This document shows, in pieces, positions 49,676 to 61,622 of a stretch of 64,000 bases of DNA (position 1 is its first letter; the number at the start of each line of letters is the position of its first letter). The translations under genes and the position numbers were made by a program. The stretch spans positions 97,898,001-97,962,000 of the forward strand of contig OZ024745.1 of assembly GCA_964016885.1 (NCBI GenBank). Reading direction: 5' to 3'. Below the pieces are notes generated by a model, which did no database searches, was not told where the DNA came from, and saw only the letters and a program-made list of their open reading frames with translations. Source of the DNA: Eledone cirrhosa (taxonomy: Eukaryota).

Positions 49676-50749
49676 TTCCTCTATATCTCTTTCTCATTTC
49701 CTCTCTCTCACTTTTCTATCCTTCTCTGGAAGAAATTTGCTGTGTTCAAACCTGGAGAGGGTTGATTCCACCAAGCTTTAAAAAGTGCCCCCAAAATATC
49801 GTATGCCATTATGGTGCCCCCACGACTCCATCAGGAGTTACGGGACCTCTTTTATCATAGATTACTACTTTGATTTTGTTCCATACTGAAAACGTTACCA
49901 TAGTAGAATAATATTTTAGATAATACTAACCGATGACTAATATTTTCCTCACTGAATAATTATTTTTACTTATTCTTTTTTTCTTCTCTCCTTAAAGCCC
50001 CTTCCTTGAATATTTAACACGAATTTAAACAGTGTAATAGCAAAAATAATAATAATAAAAATAATAATAAAATTAAAATAAATAAATTTAAAAAATACAA
50101 TTTGAAGAAACTTGTAATCATCTATATCGACAAAAAAAAAAAAACAGTTAGAAAAATTATTTAAATACTGTAATTGGAAAACACAGAAAGAAAGAAATGA
50201 AAATTCCAATTCGAAGAAACTCGTGATGGTCTGTATCGACAAAAAATAAAGCAGTTAGAAAAATAATTTTACGAATTTTAAATACAAAAATACATTTAGT
50301 CAACTATTCTATTGTCGCACTGCTCTTATTGTTAATAATTATATTTACCCAAACCATATTTTTAGAGCGAAATTCTTTTTTTAGTTACACAATTTTTACA
50401 CTTTCTTTTTATAATAATCTGCCTTTATGCTTTTTTTTAATGTCTTCTTTTCCATCGCTGTGAAAAACATGGAGAAGTTAAAATGAAATAACATTATTGA
50501 AATAATATTATTATCATTTTATACTTTTCAGTATTATTTTGATAATATCATTATTTTTGAATATATTTTCAGTACTCTGTTATTTCATTTAAATTTATAT
50601 AATAAAAACAAACATTGACGAATAAACTGTTTCCCTTAAACACTGACTCCGATGTCACGCGTCGTGTCTTTAAAATATAGCGGGTGGATAAGGTTTTATC
50701 AAACTATTAGAGTTAAATTTGTAGTTTATCCCCCTGATCAAACATTTTT

Positions 50750-50875
50750 CTCTGGCTTTCCATCACTCTTTCGATTACACCTTTATAAAGTACCAGTAAA
50801 GTATTGAGGTCGATATAATCAACATTCCTCTTCCTCCAAATTGCTAGTCTTGTGCCAATGTTAGAAAGAATTATT
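50750..50875 (+). mobile_element. SINE 3' fragment
   Basis: AAAGTACCAGTAAAGTATTGAGGTCGATATAATC...AAATTGCTAGTCTTGTGCCAA. Confidence 0.6.
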
Positions 50876-50883
50876 ATCTACAA

Positions 50884-51082
50884 CATGCATGTCAAACATT
50901 CGACCCTTTACAAGCAGACCTGCGACCCACAAAGGTTTTTACAGCGCGAGCATGTTTTATCTTCGTAATATAAAATTAAAAAAATTAGTTGTAATATGAA
51001 CAATTAGTTGTCGTGTGTGGCCCTGAGACAACGCATATGTGACCCATGTGACCCTCGGGGGACCCTCAGTTTGACATGCCTG
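50884..51082. mobile_element. hAT-type (Charlie-like) MITE, 199 bp
   Basis: TIRs CATGCATGTCAAAC / GTTTGACATGCCTG (13/14 match), perfect 8-bp TSD ATCTACAA (50876-50883 and 51083-51090), subterminal GACCC/GGCCC motifs. Confidence 0.9.
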
Positions 51083-51259
51083 ATCTACAAGACTCTGCCT
51101 CAAACTAACCACATTAAGAGGTTTAACGCTGCAAGGGAGCTGTTATGGCAGAATTGGGAGTGTGGCGGGTAAAGTCATTCTATGACATTTAGTTCCACAT
51201 CACTAAGTTCAGTTCCTAAACCTGGTGTACGTGTATCTGCATCCTTACTGTCTTGTCAT

Positions 51260-51435
51260 GCAGTATCGGTAGAGAGTCGGACGCCATGCTTTCCAGCATA
51301 GTTACGTCCCTTTACGGTCTGAGTTCAAATCCTGCCGAGGTTAACTTTGCCTTTCATCCTTACGAGGTCGATAAAATAAAGTGCCAGTAATACACTGGGT
51401 AATTGCTGGCCTTGTGCCAAAAGTAGAACAATTAT
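51260..51435 (+). mobile_element. tRNA-derived SINE
   Basis: GCAGTATCGGTAGAG...CTGAGTTCAAATCCTGCCGAGGTTAACTTTGCCTTTCATCCTTACGAGGTCGATAAAATAAAG...GGCCTTGTGCCAAAAGTAGAA. Confidence 0.9.
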
Positions 51436-51639
51436 TTAGTCAAAATATTATGGTGAAGCTTCTATTTCTATTTCAATTACAAATCATTATTCGACTGGTA
51501 GTAAATATAATTTACTACCAGCCGAATAAGTGCGAGAGTTCTCCCACAATGTTGTATCACTGAGTATTCATTGTTTCTCATATTTTATACTTTACTAGTT
51601 TTGACTACATACTACTGACACTTCATGCTCTGTGTTTTG

Positions 51640-51898
51640 GATCAGTCAGTTCCAACGACGAGTCTTCCAGATGATTCCACCAACAGAACAGCCTGCTCGT
51701 GAAATTAACTAGTGGCTGAGAATTCCACGTAGTTTTTAGGGAGATTTAACCATACTTAGGGCGTGAAAAGACTATCTCCTTGAATGACATGGGCAGTGTT
51801 AAATAAAGTGTAAATAAAGTGTCTTGCTCAAGGACATATATTGCCACTGAGAATCGAACTCACGCTCGTGTGTCGAATACCATAATCCCTAGGCCACT
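51640..51898 (-). mobile_element. Degenerate CORE-type SINE
   Basis: CAGCCTGCTCGTGAAATTAAC...AAATAAAGTGTCTTGCTCAAGGACATA...GAATCGAACTC...TAGGCCAC; reverse complement of segments at 47392-47506 and 52870-52900. Confidence 0.7.
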
Positions 51899-51924
51899 CT
51901 AATTGAAATATTACACGTCCGAAA

Positions 51925-52432
<508 letters not shown>

Positions 52433-52616
52433 AACGAAGGAGTCTTTCCGTGGTCGTTCAATTTGCTAGAAATAGCCACCAAATCTGCCTTAAATGATAC
52501 TGTATCAGCTAAAAAAAGGAAACATTCTTTATGGTAGAGGTTTACATGTTCAGAATTGACTTGAGGCAAAACAATATCAGCAACTACTTCCATGGTTATA
52601 TTAGATATAGATTTTA

Positions 52617-52943
52617 ATGGCCGAATGGTCAAGAAGTTTACATCGTAAATATTAGGTCCAGAGTTCGATCACACAACACATCATCTTGTAGAAGTGTCAT
52701 TTACCATCACTTCGAGTCGACTTATGTATTGTACGTAAAATTACGTAGATGGAATCAGTTTAGAAAGCCTATCAGATGGACTGTGCCAGCCATGTCATAC
52801 ACTGTACCAAGCTGAATCTCCCTGAAAATTACGTTAAAGGTTGTATGTGTCGGTAGGCCACACAACCACTTGCACGTTAATTTCACGAGAAGGCTGTTCC
52901 GTTGATCGAACAACTGGAACACTCATCGTCGAAACTGAGTGGG
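52617..52943 (+). mobile_element. Degenerate tRNA SINE of the same family as 51640-51898
   Basis: A box TGGCCGAATGG, B box GAGTTCGATC, 3' part GCTGAATCTCCC...CCACTTGCACGTTAATTTCACGAGAAGGCTGTT. Confidence 0.65.
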
Positions 52944-53016
52944 ATCCATTCTAGCTTTTAATGTATTTACTTACGTTCTTTTTGAAATTCTGAGCTCGAA
53001 TTCCGCTGGGATACAT

Positions 53017-53630
53017 TTACCACCACTACAAAAATGGGGACCACAACATGGAGCCAACAACAGCTCCGGTGGCAACACCCATTGCAACATCAGAGCTAGT
53101 GTAACGTCGATGATAAGGCTCCTGGACATATATTTGACTGGCCCCGAAAGGTGAAGAATTTACATGTTGCACAGAATAGGATCCAGGAAACTCGTTGGTT
53201 GATGATAAAGAAATCTGAGGTTGATGATAAAGTTCAGCATAAGCAGGAGGTGGTTGCATGCCATGGAACTGTTCAGGTCTTGGACATCGCTGTGTTGGAC
53301 GAACCGCTCTCGCTTCTTCAATTGCCATTTGCCAAGCACTTGTATCATCAGAACTTTCTCCACACACAATCCAGTTTTTGTTTTGTGTCACCAATTCTAT
53401 CAAGACGTGGCGGTCGAGATGTGACGGCAGGGGATTGACAGTTGACACTTCTTTGCCTGTTTTTACACACAACAACATTGTAGGGATGATCATAAAGTCT
53501 TCACTTGATCGACTGTTAGGACTTTCAAAGTACAGTAACATGCCATTCTTGTAGAGGACAAACCAATTTTTTCCTCACCGATGTAGGATGTCACTTTGTC
53601 GATGCATCCAACCATCTTTCATTATTTCAT
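53017..53630 (-). pseudogene. PLEKHB-like: Intronless evectin (PLEKHB-family) PH-domain pseudogene or retrocopy
   Basis: Extending the 53026-53541 ORF upstream gives EIMKDGWMHRQSDILHR*GKNWFVLYKNGMLLYF...CGESSDDTSAWQMAIEEAR (compare PLEKHB2 VKSGWLLRQSTILKRWKKNWF...CAESTDDCLAW), a PPAY motif, and the C-terminal anchor DVAMGVATGAVVGSMLWSPFL*WW*. Stops at 53575-53577 and 53026-53028. Confidence 0.85.
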
Positions 53631-53782
53631 GCGGTGGATTGGCAATATCGATAGAGGGCCTGACGCCTTATTTTATAGCAAAGAGTTACGGCTCTTTATG
53701 ATCTGAATTCAAATCCCGCCGAGGTTAACTTTGCCTTTCATCCTTACGGGGTCGATAAAATAAAGTACCAGTAATACACTGG
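53631..53782 (+). mobile_element. tRNA-derived SINE, 3'-truncated, abutting the pseudogene start
   Basis: GCGGTGGATTGGCAATATCG...AATTCAAATCCCGCCGAGGTTAACTTTGCCTTTCATCCTTACGGGGTCGATAAAATAAAGTACCAGTAATACACTGG. Confidence 0.9.
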
Positions 53783-54359
53783 AATGTCTGTTCTTTCACC
53801 TCTTGATGAAAAGAAGAATTTTATTTTTCAGGATGTCCATTTACGGCCACAATTGTTTGTGTGGGGGATCTGTGATGTTGTTCCTTATGATAAACCGTGC
53901 TGAAGGTATCACAAATGCAGGTATTCCGAGACGCTGAACGGCTCTTATCTCATTTGTCATATACATCTTTCTGAGGATTATTGTTTTTGACAGAGTTACT
54001 ATCCTGGGTCACTCACAGCCAAATATTGGACATCTGGAATGTTGACAAACACCCAGTCCTCTATTGGTTGAGAAATGCAGTTGATGGAAGGTCAACTTTG
54101 GATTTCATAGAGGGTTAGTAACGGGAGTAGACGAAGAGTTTCTGGTGAATATTACAGGCGGCGTCAATACAGAGAAACTGAATAGTGTTGAGTGGAATTA
54201 GAGACAACTTCGAAAGATCTCTTGTCTTGTAGTGTTGTCAGCCATAAATCCCTAGGATGAACACAGAGCATTAAAACTGTACTTCAATGTCCGAACATTT
54301 CTGATTTGTAGAGTTATGACAAATAACTGTTGCCTTGTACTTGTATAGCAGCCAAATCC

Positions 54360-56330
54360 ATTGATGAAATATACTGAATTTCAGAATTAGAAATATTTTA
54401 CAAAAATGTTGCTCTTTGATGAAATATGAAAATATTTGCCGACAATTTTGATAAAAGATTTGATGAAAAATGTTTAATGTTTGGAAATATTTCGTTGGTG
54501 AAGATTTAATAATCAGATATGTTTTATGAAAAAGTTTGATGAAAAATGATTGCAGAAAATAATGATTGATAAACTTATTGATTAAAATTTCACTATTGAA
54601 AATATTTAACGGAGTTGTTTGGTTAATATGTTTGATTGAAATACTTTACGAAGATTTCTCTAATAAATGATGAAAATGTGTTTAATGAAAACCACTGATT
54701 TTTTCACAATGTTTGATTAAATATTTCGTGAAAATATTACTATCTGTAATGTTTGATGAAGTTGTTTGGGGAAAATATTTCATAAAAATGTTTAAAAATG
54801 CTTCATGGAAATGTCTGTTGATGAAATATATTTGATATATTTGATATCTCTCATGGAAATATTATTTCAGAAAAATATTTTTCATAATGAAATAGTTTGA
54901 TGAAATATTTGCTGGAAATTGCACTAACAGATATATATGAAATATTTCTTTAACGTTTTACGATATAAAATGTTTGATGGAGATGTTACGAAAAAATGTT
55001 TGATGAAAATGGTTTACGAACACGTTTTTAATAAGAATTGCTAACAATTTCACAATTTGTAATGTTTGGTGAAGTATTGCGTGAACATCTTTCTATCGGA
55101 AATGTTTTGTGGACATTTTAAAGAAAAATGTATGACAATATTTGATGACTCTTTGATGTAAATATTTTTGATAAAAATATGGAAATAGTTCACGAAAATT
55201 TCAAAATATTTTCATTAAGCAAGTTTTGTAAAATATTCTCATCAACCAATCACATGAAACATTTTCAGGTAGCAAGAGCTTCGCGAAATAGTTCATCAAA
55301 TATATTTTTATCAAAGTTTAGCGAAATATTTGTAAAATATTTTCATCAAACATATTCATCAAACGTTTTTATCAAACATCTAAGAGTTTTTCACGAAATA
55401 TCTCATTATTATCAATTAACTGTTTTTATGTTTCACAAAATATATTTCAAAAATGTTTTGATCAACCATTTTCATCAATCATTTCAGTTTCACAATTAAA
55501 AACGTTTGATGAATTATTTCGTAAAAATATTGCTATTTGAAATGTTTAATAAAAATATTCGATGAAAATGTTTGACAAAATTATTGATGGACATTTTTGA
55601 TGAACATTTTTCAATGAGAACTGTGTGATGAAAATGTTTGTCAGTAATGTTTAGTGAAAATATTTTAGTAAATTTTCTATAATTTATATTTAAAATGTAT
55701 TGAAAATTTGTTGAAAATTACCCAAACAGACATATTTGGGTAATATTTCATGAAAATTTCGCTATCTGAAATGATTGATGAAAATGGTTGATCACAACGT
55801 TTTTATTGAAAAAAACTCTGTCAAACATTTTGGATAGCAAAATTTTAATCAATAATTGCATCAAACATTTATGATTGTTTATCAAAACAATGTTCATCAA
55901 TTATTTCTAAAATATTTTTTCAAATATTTTTCATCAAACATTTTCGTCAAACATAGCATCAAAATTAGTAAGATTGTTAAACTATCAGCAAATATTTTGA
56001 TATTCACAAAGGATTTTCATGAAATATTTTATCAAGCTATCAGCTGTTTTCTTCAAACGCAGTTTCATCAAATCTTGGAAAAATATTTCCATCAAACCTA
56101 CATCAAATATCTCCGTCAAACACTTTCGATAGCGAAAATTTTAATCAATAATTTCATCAAACTCTTTTATGAAACATTTTCATCAGATATTTCATCGTTA
56201 AACGCTCGGCAAATAATATCAGATGTTATCAAACGTATTTTCATTAAACAGCGAAGATTTTGTAAAATATCTCATCAAGTATTGTGAAGTTTTACAATTA
56301 GAAAATATTTTTATGTTTCTTCAATTGTGT
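54360..56330. repeat. AT-rich array of short TTTGATGAAA motifs in alternating-orientation blocks (fold-back-like)
   Basis: TTTGATGAAA-type motifs at ~54360-55180 and ~55500-55800; inverse TTTCATCAAA motifs at ~55200-55490 and ~55820-56290. Confidence 0.75.
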
Positions 56331-57113
56331 TCATGTTTCTTATCAAACAATCAAATCTGAACAGGCGGGAGAAACAGTGAACCAAGAATGAGAACACGTT
56401 CCTACGAGGCCACCTGCAACCGGTGGAGTATCGATCGCGCCTTCAAGATGGAGACCTCAAAACCTTCTGTATTGTAATTAAGGTTCACCACCTCCGACAT
56501 AGACCAGTTGATATTCCATCAATGGCGCACAACAGATTTTCTTGTCAGTTATAAATTGACGTCAATAATAGCATTCTTAAACTACTCTCTGACGGTGTCT
56601 TCTTGTCTTCTCTATATGGTCATTGAATATCTAATTGGCTATGTAATATGTGACGACTAGCTCTTTGTAGATATCTAACGTTCTGATATATCGTGTGTAT
56701 CTCTATTTCTGGCCCAATATAACAAACCTATGCACGATAGCTGTTGCTGCAATTGTGTTGCATTCATAATGTTTTTCTTATTCAAATGAGTTTTCAGTAT
56801 TTATTTTTAATCGATTCTATCAAAAGACAGTTTCGTCATTCTCATAGCTTTCACTACCTTGTGTTCTGGTCCAAATCTAATTGCTTATAAACATTCAGAA
56901 TTATCTAGCTCCTGTATTATTCTCCCGCTTAGTGTTGTATATCGTTTGTCTGATTTGTGTACAATGCCTCGTTGTATGGTCAATTTGGTTTTATTCTGCT
57001 AAGTCTAGACTCTAGACAAACACATATGAAGCATATAGATTCAAACGAATACATGCTAACGACACACTCACACACATACATACATGCAAGCTTACATATA
57101 TATATTATATATA

Positions 57114-57190
57114 TAGGAAAAGAGTCAGGACCCCGACGGCTGAGCTCCGGCCGTTTCGACAGCTAGATTCGAATTAAGCCAGCAGAATTA
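57114..57190. mobile_element. Penelope-like family 1, single-arm remnant (copy D)
   Basis: (TA)n-TAGGAAAAGAGTCAGGACCCCGACGGCTGAGCTCCGGCCGTTTCGACAGCTA; same TAGGA boundary as copies A-C. Confidence 0.7.
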
Positions 57191-57200
57191 TTTATATATA

Positions 57201-57380
57201 TATCAAGTTTAATATAGAAATAGCTTCTACAGGACTAGAACTGTTTTCATTCAAAAGAAATCACAAAGAAAGCCGACTGTCGTTGTAAAACAGTTGTATT
57301 TATATGTTTTCTGCTGGTTGGGGAACTGTATTGAGTACGTTATTACCTGTGACTACCTCCGATTGAATCTGGGACACCCG
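57201..57380. mobile_element. Penelope-like family 2 remnant with degenerate hammerhead (minus strand) and inverted tail
   Basis: TATCAAGTTTAATATAGAAATAGCTTCTACAGGACTAGAACTGTTTTCATTCAAAAGAAATCAC matches 11632-11690 and 61110-61170; GTATTGAGTAC...CTGTGACTACCTCCGATTGAATCTGG is the inverse of 61048-61094. Confidence 0.68.
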
Positions 57381-57385
57381 CACAA

Positions 57386-57468
<83 letters not shown>

Positions 57469-57497
57469 CATACATATATGTAGGTTTATTTTATCTG

Positions 57498-57615
57498 TAT
57501 CTCCTGACGAAGGGCTAAAGCCCGATACGTTGAACTCTTTTTTTCTACCTTTCATCATTTGAACCTAATAACATTAATTGTTTTGTATCTTTGTATTTGC
57601 ATTTATATATACTCG
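57498..57615 (+). mobile_element. Degenerate minimal hammerhead / pLTR remnant (family 4)
   Basis: CTC-CTGACGA-AGGGC TAAA GCCC-GATACGTT: intact CUGANGA and stem II, with GAAA mutated to GATA. Confidence 0.55.
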
Positions 57616-57667
57616 TATTTACTTAGCTTGGGAACAACAGCAAATATTGATCATTATTTTGGTCTAA

Positions 57668-58033
57668 GGGCGGTGGTTTGGCAGTATCGGTAGAGCTTCA
57701 GACACCATGCTATGCAGTGTAGTTATGGCCCTTTGCGTTCTGAGTTCATATCCGCCGAGGTTAACTTTGCCTTTCATCCTTACAAGGTCGATAAAATAAA
57801 GTACCAGTAATGTACTGAGTAATCGCTGGCCTTGTGCCAAAAGTAGAAACATTATGGATTGGCAGTATCGGTAGAGGGTCGGACGCCATGATTTCCAGCA
57901 TAGTTACGTCCCTTTACGATCTGAGTTCAAATCCCGCCGAGGTTGACTTTGCCTTTCATCCTTACGGGGTCGATAAAATAAAGTACCAGTAATGCACTGG
58001 TTAATTGCTGGCCTTGTGCCTAAAGTAGAAACA
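57668..58033 (+). mobile_element. SINE dimer flanked by a 15-bp TSD
   Basis: Monomers 57668-57852 and ~57856-58033; ATTATTTTGGTCTAA at 57653-57667 and 58034-58048. Confidence 0.92.
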
Positions 58034-58163
58034 ATTATTTTGGTCTAAAGTGTGTTTATAGAATGATATCGACTGGGCTTTTAATCTAAACTTTTATGCT
58101 CCTATCTACACTACCTTACGATCGGTAGATTTCCCAAACCCCTTTATAAACAATCTCTCTCTC

Positions 58164-58238
<75 letters not shown>

Positions 58239-58800
58239 TTCTCTCTCTACCCCTTTTCCTTTCCTCGCTCTCCCAATGTCTTTCTCACTCTCTCCTCAAT
58301 CGATCTCACAATCTACCTCTATCACTTAATTCCCCATACCCTATTTAAGAGACTACAGCCTCTTAAACCAAACATTCCATATTTCTATGGAAATAGAAGA
58401 CATTTGAAGTATATATAGTCTGGATTATAATTATTGACCGGAACTTAATAGATGGCTTTTATATTCCATTATTTGCTGACACCATTTTTGAAATATTTGT
58501 TCTATGTATTACTACATTTGCTTCATTAGTCATATAAATGCTACATCATCATCATCAACAACAACAACAACAACAACACATATAACGACAGTATCAAACG
58601 ACTTATAGTTGAATTCCTTAAAGTTGTTTTTTTTTATACAATCTTACTTTTGGAAGTCATATAATTCTAATTCAGACTTAGACATAGCTTATGTCATTGC
58701 AGATTGATTTTCTAGTATAATATGATTCAATTATAATTTATATAACTTAATTATATACATTTAATAAATTTAATAAACTATAAAATTATACAAGTATCAC

Positions 58801-58860
58801 TCTTTTACTCTTTTACCTGTTTCAGCCATCCGGCTGAGGCCATGCTGGGGCACCGCCCTT
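58801..58860 (-). mobile_element. SINE 3'-tail fragment
   Basis: Reverse complement GGGCGGTGCCCCAGCATGGCCTCAGCCGGATGGCTGAAACAGGTAAAAGAGTAAAAGA resembles a recalled octopus SINE 3' end. Confidence 0.55.
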
Positions 58861-59287
58861 ATCAGTATAATTATATAATAAATTCCATAATTGAATTATA
58901 AATTTTAAAAAAAAATTATATATTTGGAAAGTAGTCAGTATATTGGAAAGATTATTAACGTAAGATTTGATCACGTGATAATAGTTTCGTCAAGAAGTTC
59001 TTCTAAACCAAATATTCGATTTGTAATTACATTTGGGTTATAGACGCCCTAAAAACAATCCGCCATTGACACAAAGAATGAATGCAAAAGAAAGTACGAT
59101 GACCTATTTTCGTTAAATAATCTGCCACCTAACTTAAGTCGGATTTATTATTTTATTTCATAGACTAAAAGACAATTTCAAAGGAAAATATTCCATTGTA
59201 TTAATTTGTTATATTATTTATGTTTTTATTATTTATTTTGTTTTACCCTATTACTTATCATTATTAGATTTACCTACTGTTTATATA

Positions 59288-59387
<100 letters not shown>

Positions 59388-59421
59388 TACATATGTATAT
59401 AAACACATACACACATATACA

Positions 59422-59483
<62 letters not shown>

Positions 59484-59496
59484 CACACGGTACACT

Positions 59497-59527
59497 CCTC
59501 TGAGGTAATTTCATATTACCCTATTAT

Positions 59528-59585
<58 letters not shown>

Positions 59586-59616
59586 ATAATAGGGTAATAT
59601 GAAATTACCTCAGAGG
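59497..59616. repeat. 120-bp palindrome: perfect 34-bp arms around a (TA)n centre
   Basis: CCTCTGAGGTAATTTCATATTACCCTATTATGGA-(TA)n-TCCATAATAGGGTAATATGAAATTACCTCAGAGG. Confidence 0.92.
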
Positions 59617-59636
59617 TATATATGTATGTATGTATG

Positions 59637-59692
<56 letters not shown>

Positions 59693-59780
59693 CATACATA
59701 CATATATATGCATACATACATATGTGTGTGAGTGTTGCATGTATGCATGTGCAAATAAGTGTACACACACACACACACAT

Positions 59781-59814
<34 letters not shown>

Positions 59815-59967
59815 GTATATATATCAGTGTTGTACAGTTCGATATCTATAAATATATTTCGGAACTCCCTGCATAACGGGAAAATCTCATTTGTAAGACG
59901 CTGCTACAAAGAGATGTCCTTAAAAGGATTGTCTTCTAAAGTACAAAACTATATAAGTGGGAGTTAG

Positions 59968-60194
59968 CTCTCTCTCTTTCTCTCTCTCTCCATCTCTGTA
60001 TCTCTCTCTCCCCCCCCCCCCCCTCTCTCTATCTCTCTTTCTTTCTTCTCTCATTATCTCTCTCTCTCTCTTTCTTGCTCTTTCTCTATTTCTTTCTTTC
60101 TTTCTCTCTCCCTCATACCCTTTCTCTCTCTCCCACTCCCTCTCTCTCTTTCTTTCTCGCTTTCTCTCTCTCTCTCTCTCTCTCACTCTCTCAC

Positions 60195-60230
<36 letters not shown>

Positions 60231-60672
60231 CCTCTCTCTCTCATTCTCTCTCTTTACCTCTCTCTGTCTCAATTCCAATAAAAATCCATTTTTCAATATC
60301 TATTCCCCTTCGGTCACACACACACACACACACATACACACACACACACACACACACATACACATACACACACACGCACACACACACACACACACATACA
60401 CACACACACACACATACACACATACACACACACATACACACACACATACACACACACACACACACACACATACACACATACACACACACATACACACACA
60501 TACACACACACTCCCTGTGTCTCCTCCTTTCCCTTTCTCTCTGTCTATCCCCCATTTCCCTATATACGTCTCTTTCTCTTGCTCCCACACACGCTCTCTC
60601 CCTTTCTCTCCCCCCTCTCTCTTTCTCCCTCCTCCATCTCCCCCCTCTCTGTCTCTCTATCTATCAATCTAT

Positions 60673-60759
<87 letters not shown>

Positions 60760-60760
60760 C
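59968..60760. repeat. (CT)n and (CA)n microsatellite cluster
   Basis: Directly visible. Confidence 0.92.
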
Positions 60761-61007
60761 AGCGTGCATGAATATTCCCCCCACTCCGCACACTCTCTCT
60801 CCCCTCTCTCTCACCCTACCCCACAGCCACTGCCATCTCTCTCTGATAAACAAAATTATATTACAAATATTAATTTGGTATTGTCTACCTACAATCTCAC
60901 CAATAATTTGGTATTTCACGTATGCATTTTTTCTGCTTTCCCTTTCATTTATCTCATACTTTTGATTGCAAACATAAACTCACGGACGCACACACACATG
61001 TATGTAT

Positions 61008-61042
<35 letters not shown>

Positions 61043-61043
<1 letters not shown>

Positions 61044-61300
61044 GTTATTCCGGGTTGAATCAGAGGTAACCACAGTAAGTAGAGTACTCAATACATAGCA
61101 GAGTATAAAAGTTTTAATATAGATGAGATTCTACAGGACTAGAACTGTTTCATTCTTTAGAAATCATCAGGAATCTGGGTATCAAAAAATAAAAATGGTA
61201 TTTATAGGTCTCTACAGGTGGTAGGGGAGGGTGGGGAGTGGGATGGGTGTAGGTCATTGGTTGATAGAAAAGGGAATTCATTAAAAGCTAATTCTACAAA
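61043..61300 (-). mobile_element. Penelope-like family 2 terminal fragment between (TA)n tracts
   Basis: Contains the hammerhead below. Tail AGTACTCAATAC is shared with family 1 (42109-42122). Homologous to 11632-11995 and 57201-57380. Confidence 0.7.
61126..61176 (-). ncRNA. Complete type I hammerhead ribozyme motif
   Basis: Minus strand AGATTC-CTGATGA-TTTCTAAAGAAT-GAAA-CAG TTCTAGTC CTG-TA-GAATCT: perfect 6-bp stem I, intact core, short stem II with U-U at the first pair, stem III, GUA cleavage site (61132/61131). Manual fold only. Confidence 0.82.
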
Positions 61301-61301
61301 G

Positions 61302-61346
<45 letters not shown>

Positions 61347-61538
61347 CTTACATACATATATATATATATATATATACACATACTTACATACATATATATA
61401 TATGTATTTATATGCAAAAGTTCTATTTAAATTGTTGGGATACAACAAGCAAATATTTTTATAACTGATATAAAGCACTCGACAAGTATTTCGAGTAAAT
61501 ATACGATATTAACAAATGGAAACTATATTTATAAAACC

Positions 61539-61614
61539 ATATTTATTTTATTATACATATTTCAAGGATACCATGTTAAATTATGGTATGCCTTCATCAG
61601 ACAAAATACAATAT
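61539..61614 (-). ncRNA. Minimal type I hammerhead ribozyme motif (family 3, copy 2; element ~61500-61622)
   Basis: TATTTTGT-CTGATGA-AGGCATACCAT AATTTAAC ATGGTATCCTT-GAAA-TATGTA-TA-ATAAAATA; ~120 bp nearly identical to 11045-11166. Confidence 0.72.
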
Positions 61615-61622
61615 ATACCAGT

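Noticed and set aside
52940-53005. Adjacent SacI-EcoRI sites (GAGCTCGAATTC) and a nearby BamHI site suggesting vector polylinker
   Set aside because: The match is only 12 bp and the flanks do not continue as polylinker; chance occurrence.
53783-54350. Possible MULE transposase relic or exon (TTTTCAG acceptor at ~53830; fragments GCPF, DIWNV..HP)
   Set aside because: All frames examined are broken by stops and the motif similarity is too weak to support without BLASTx.
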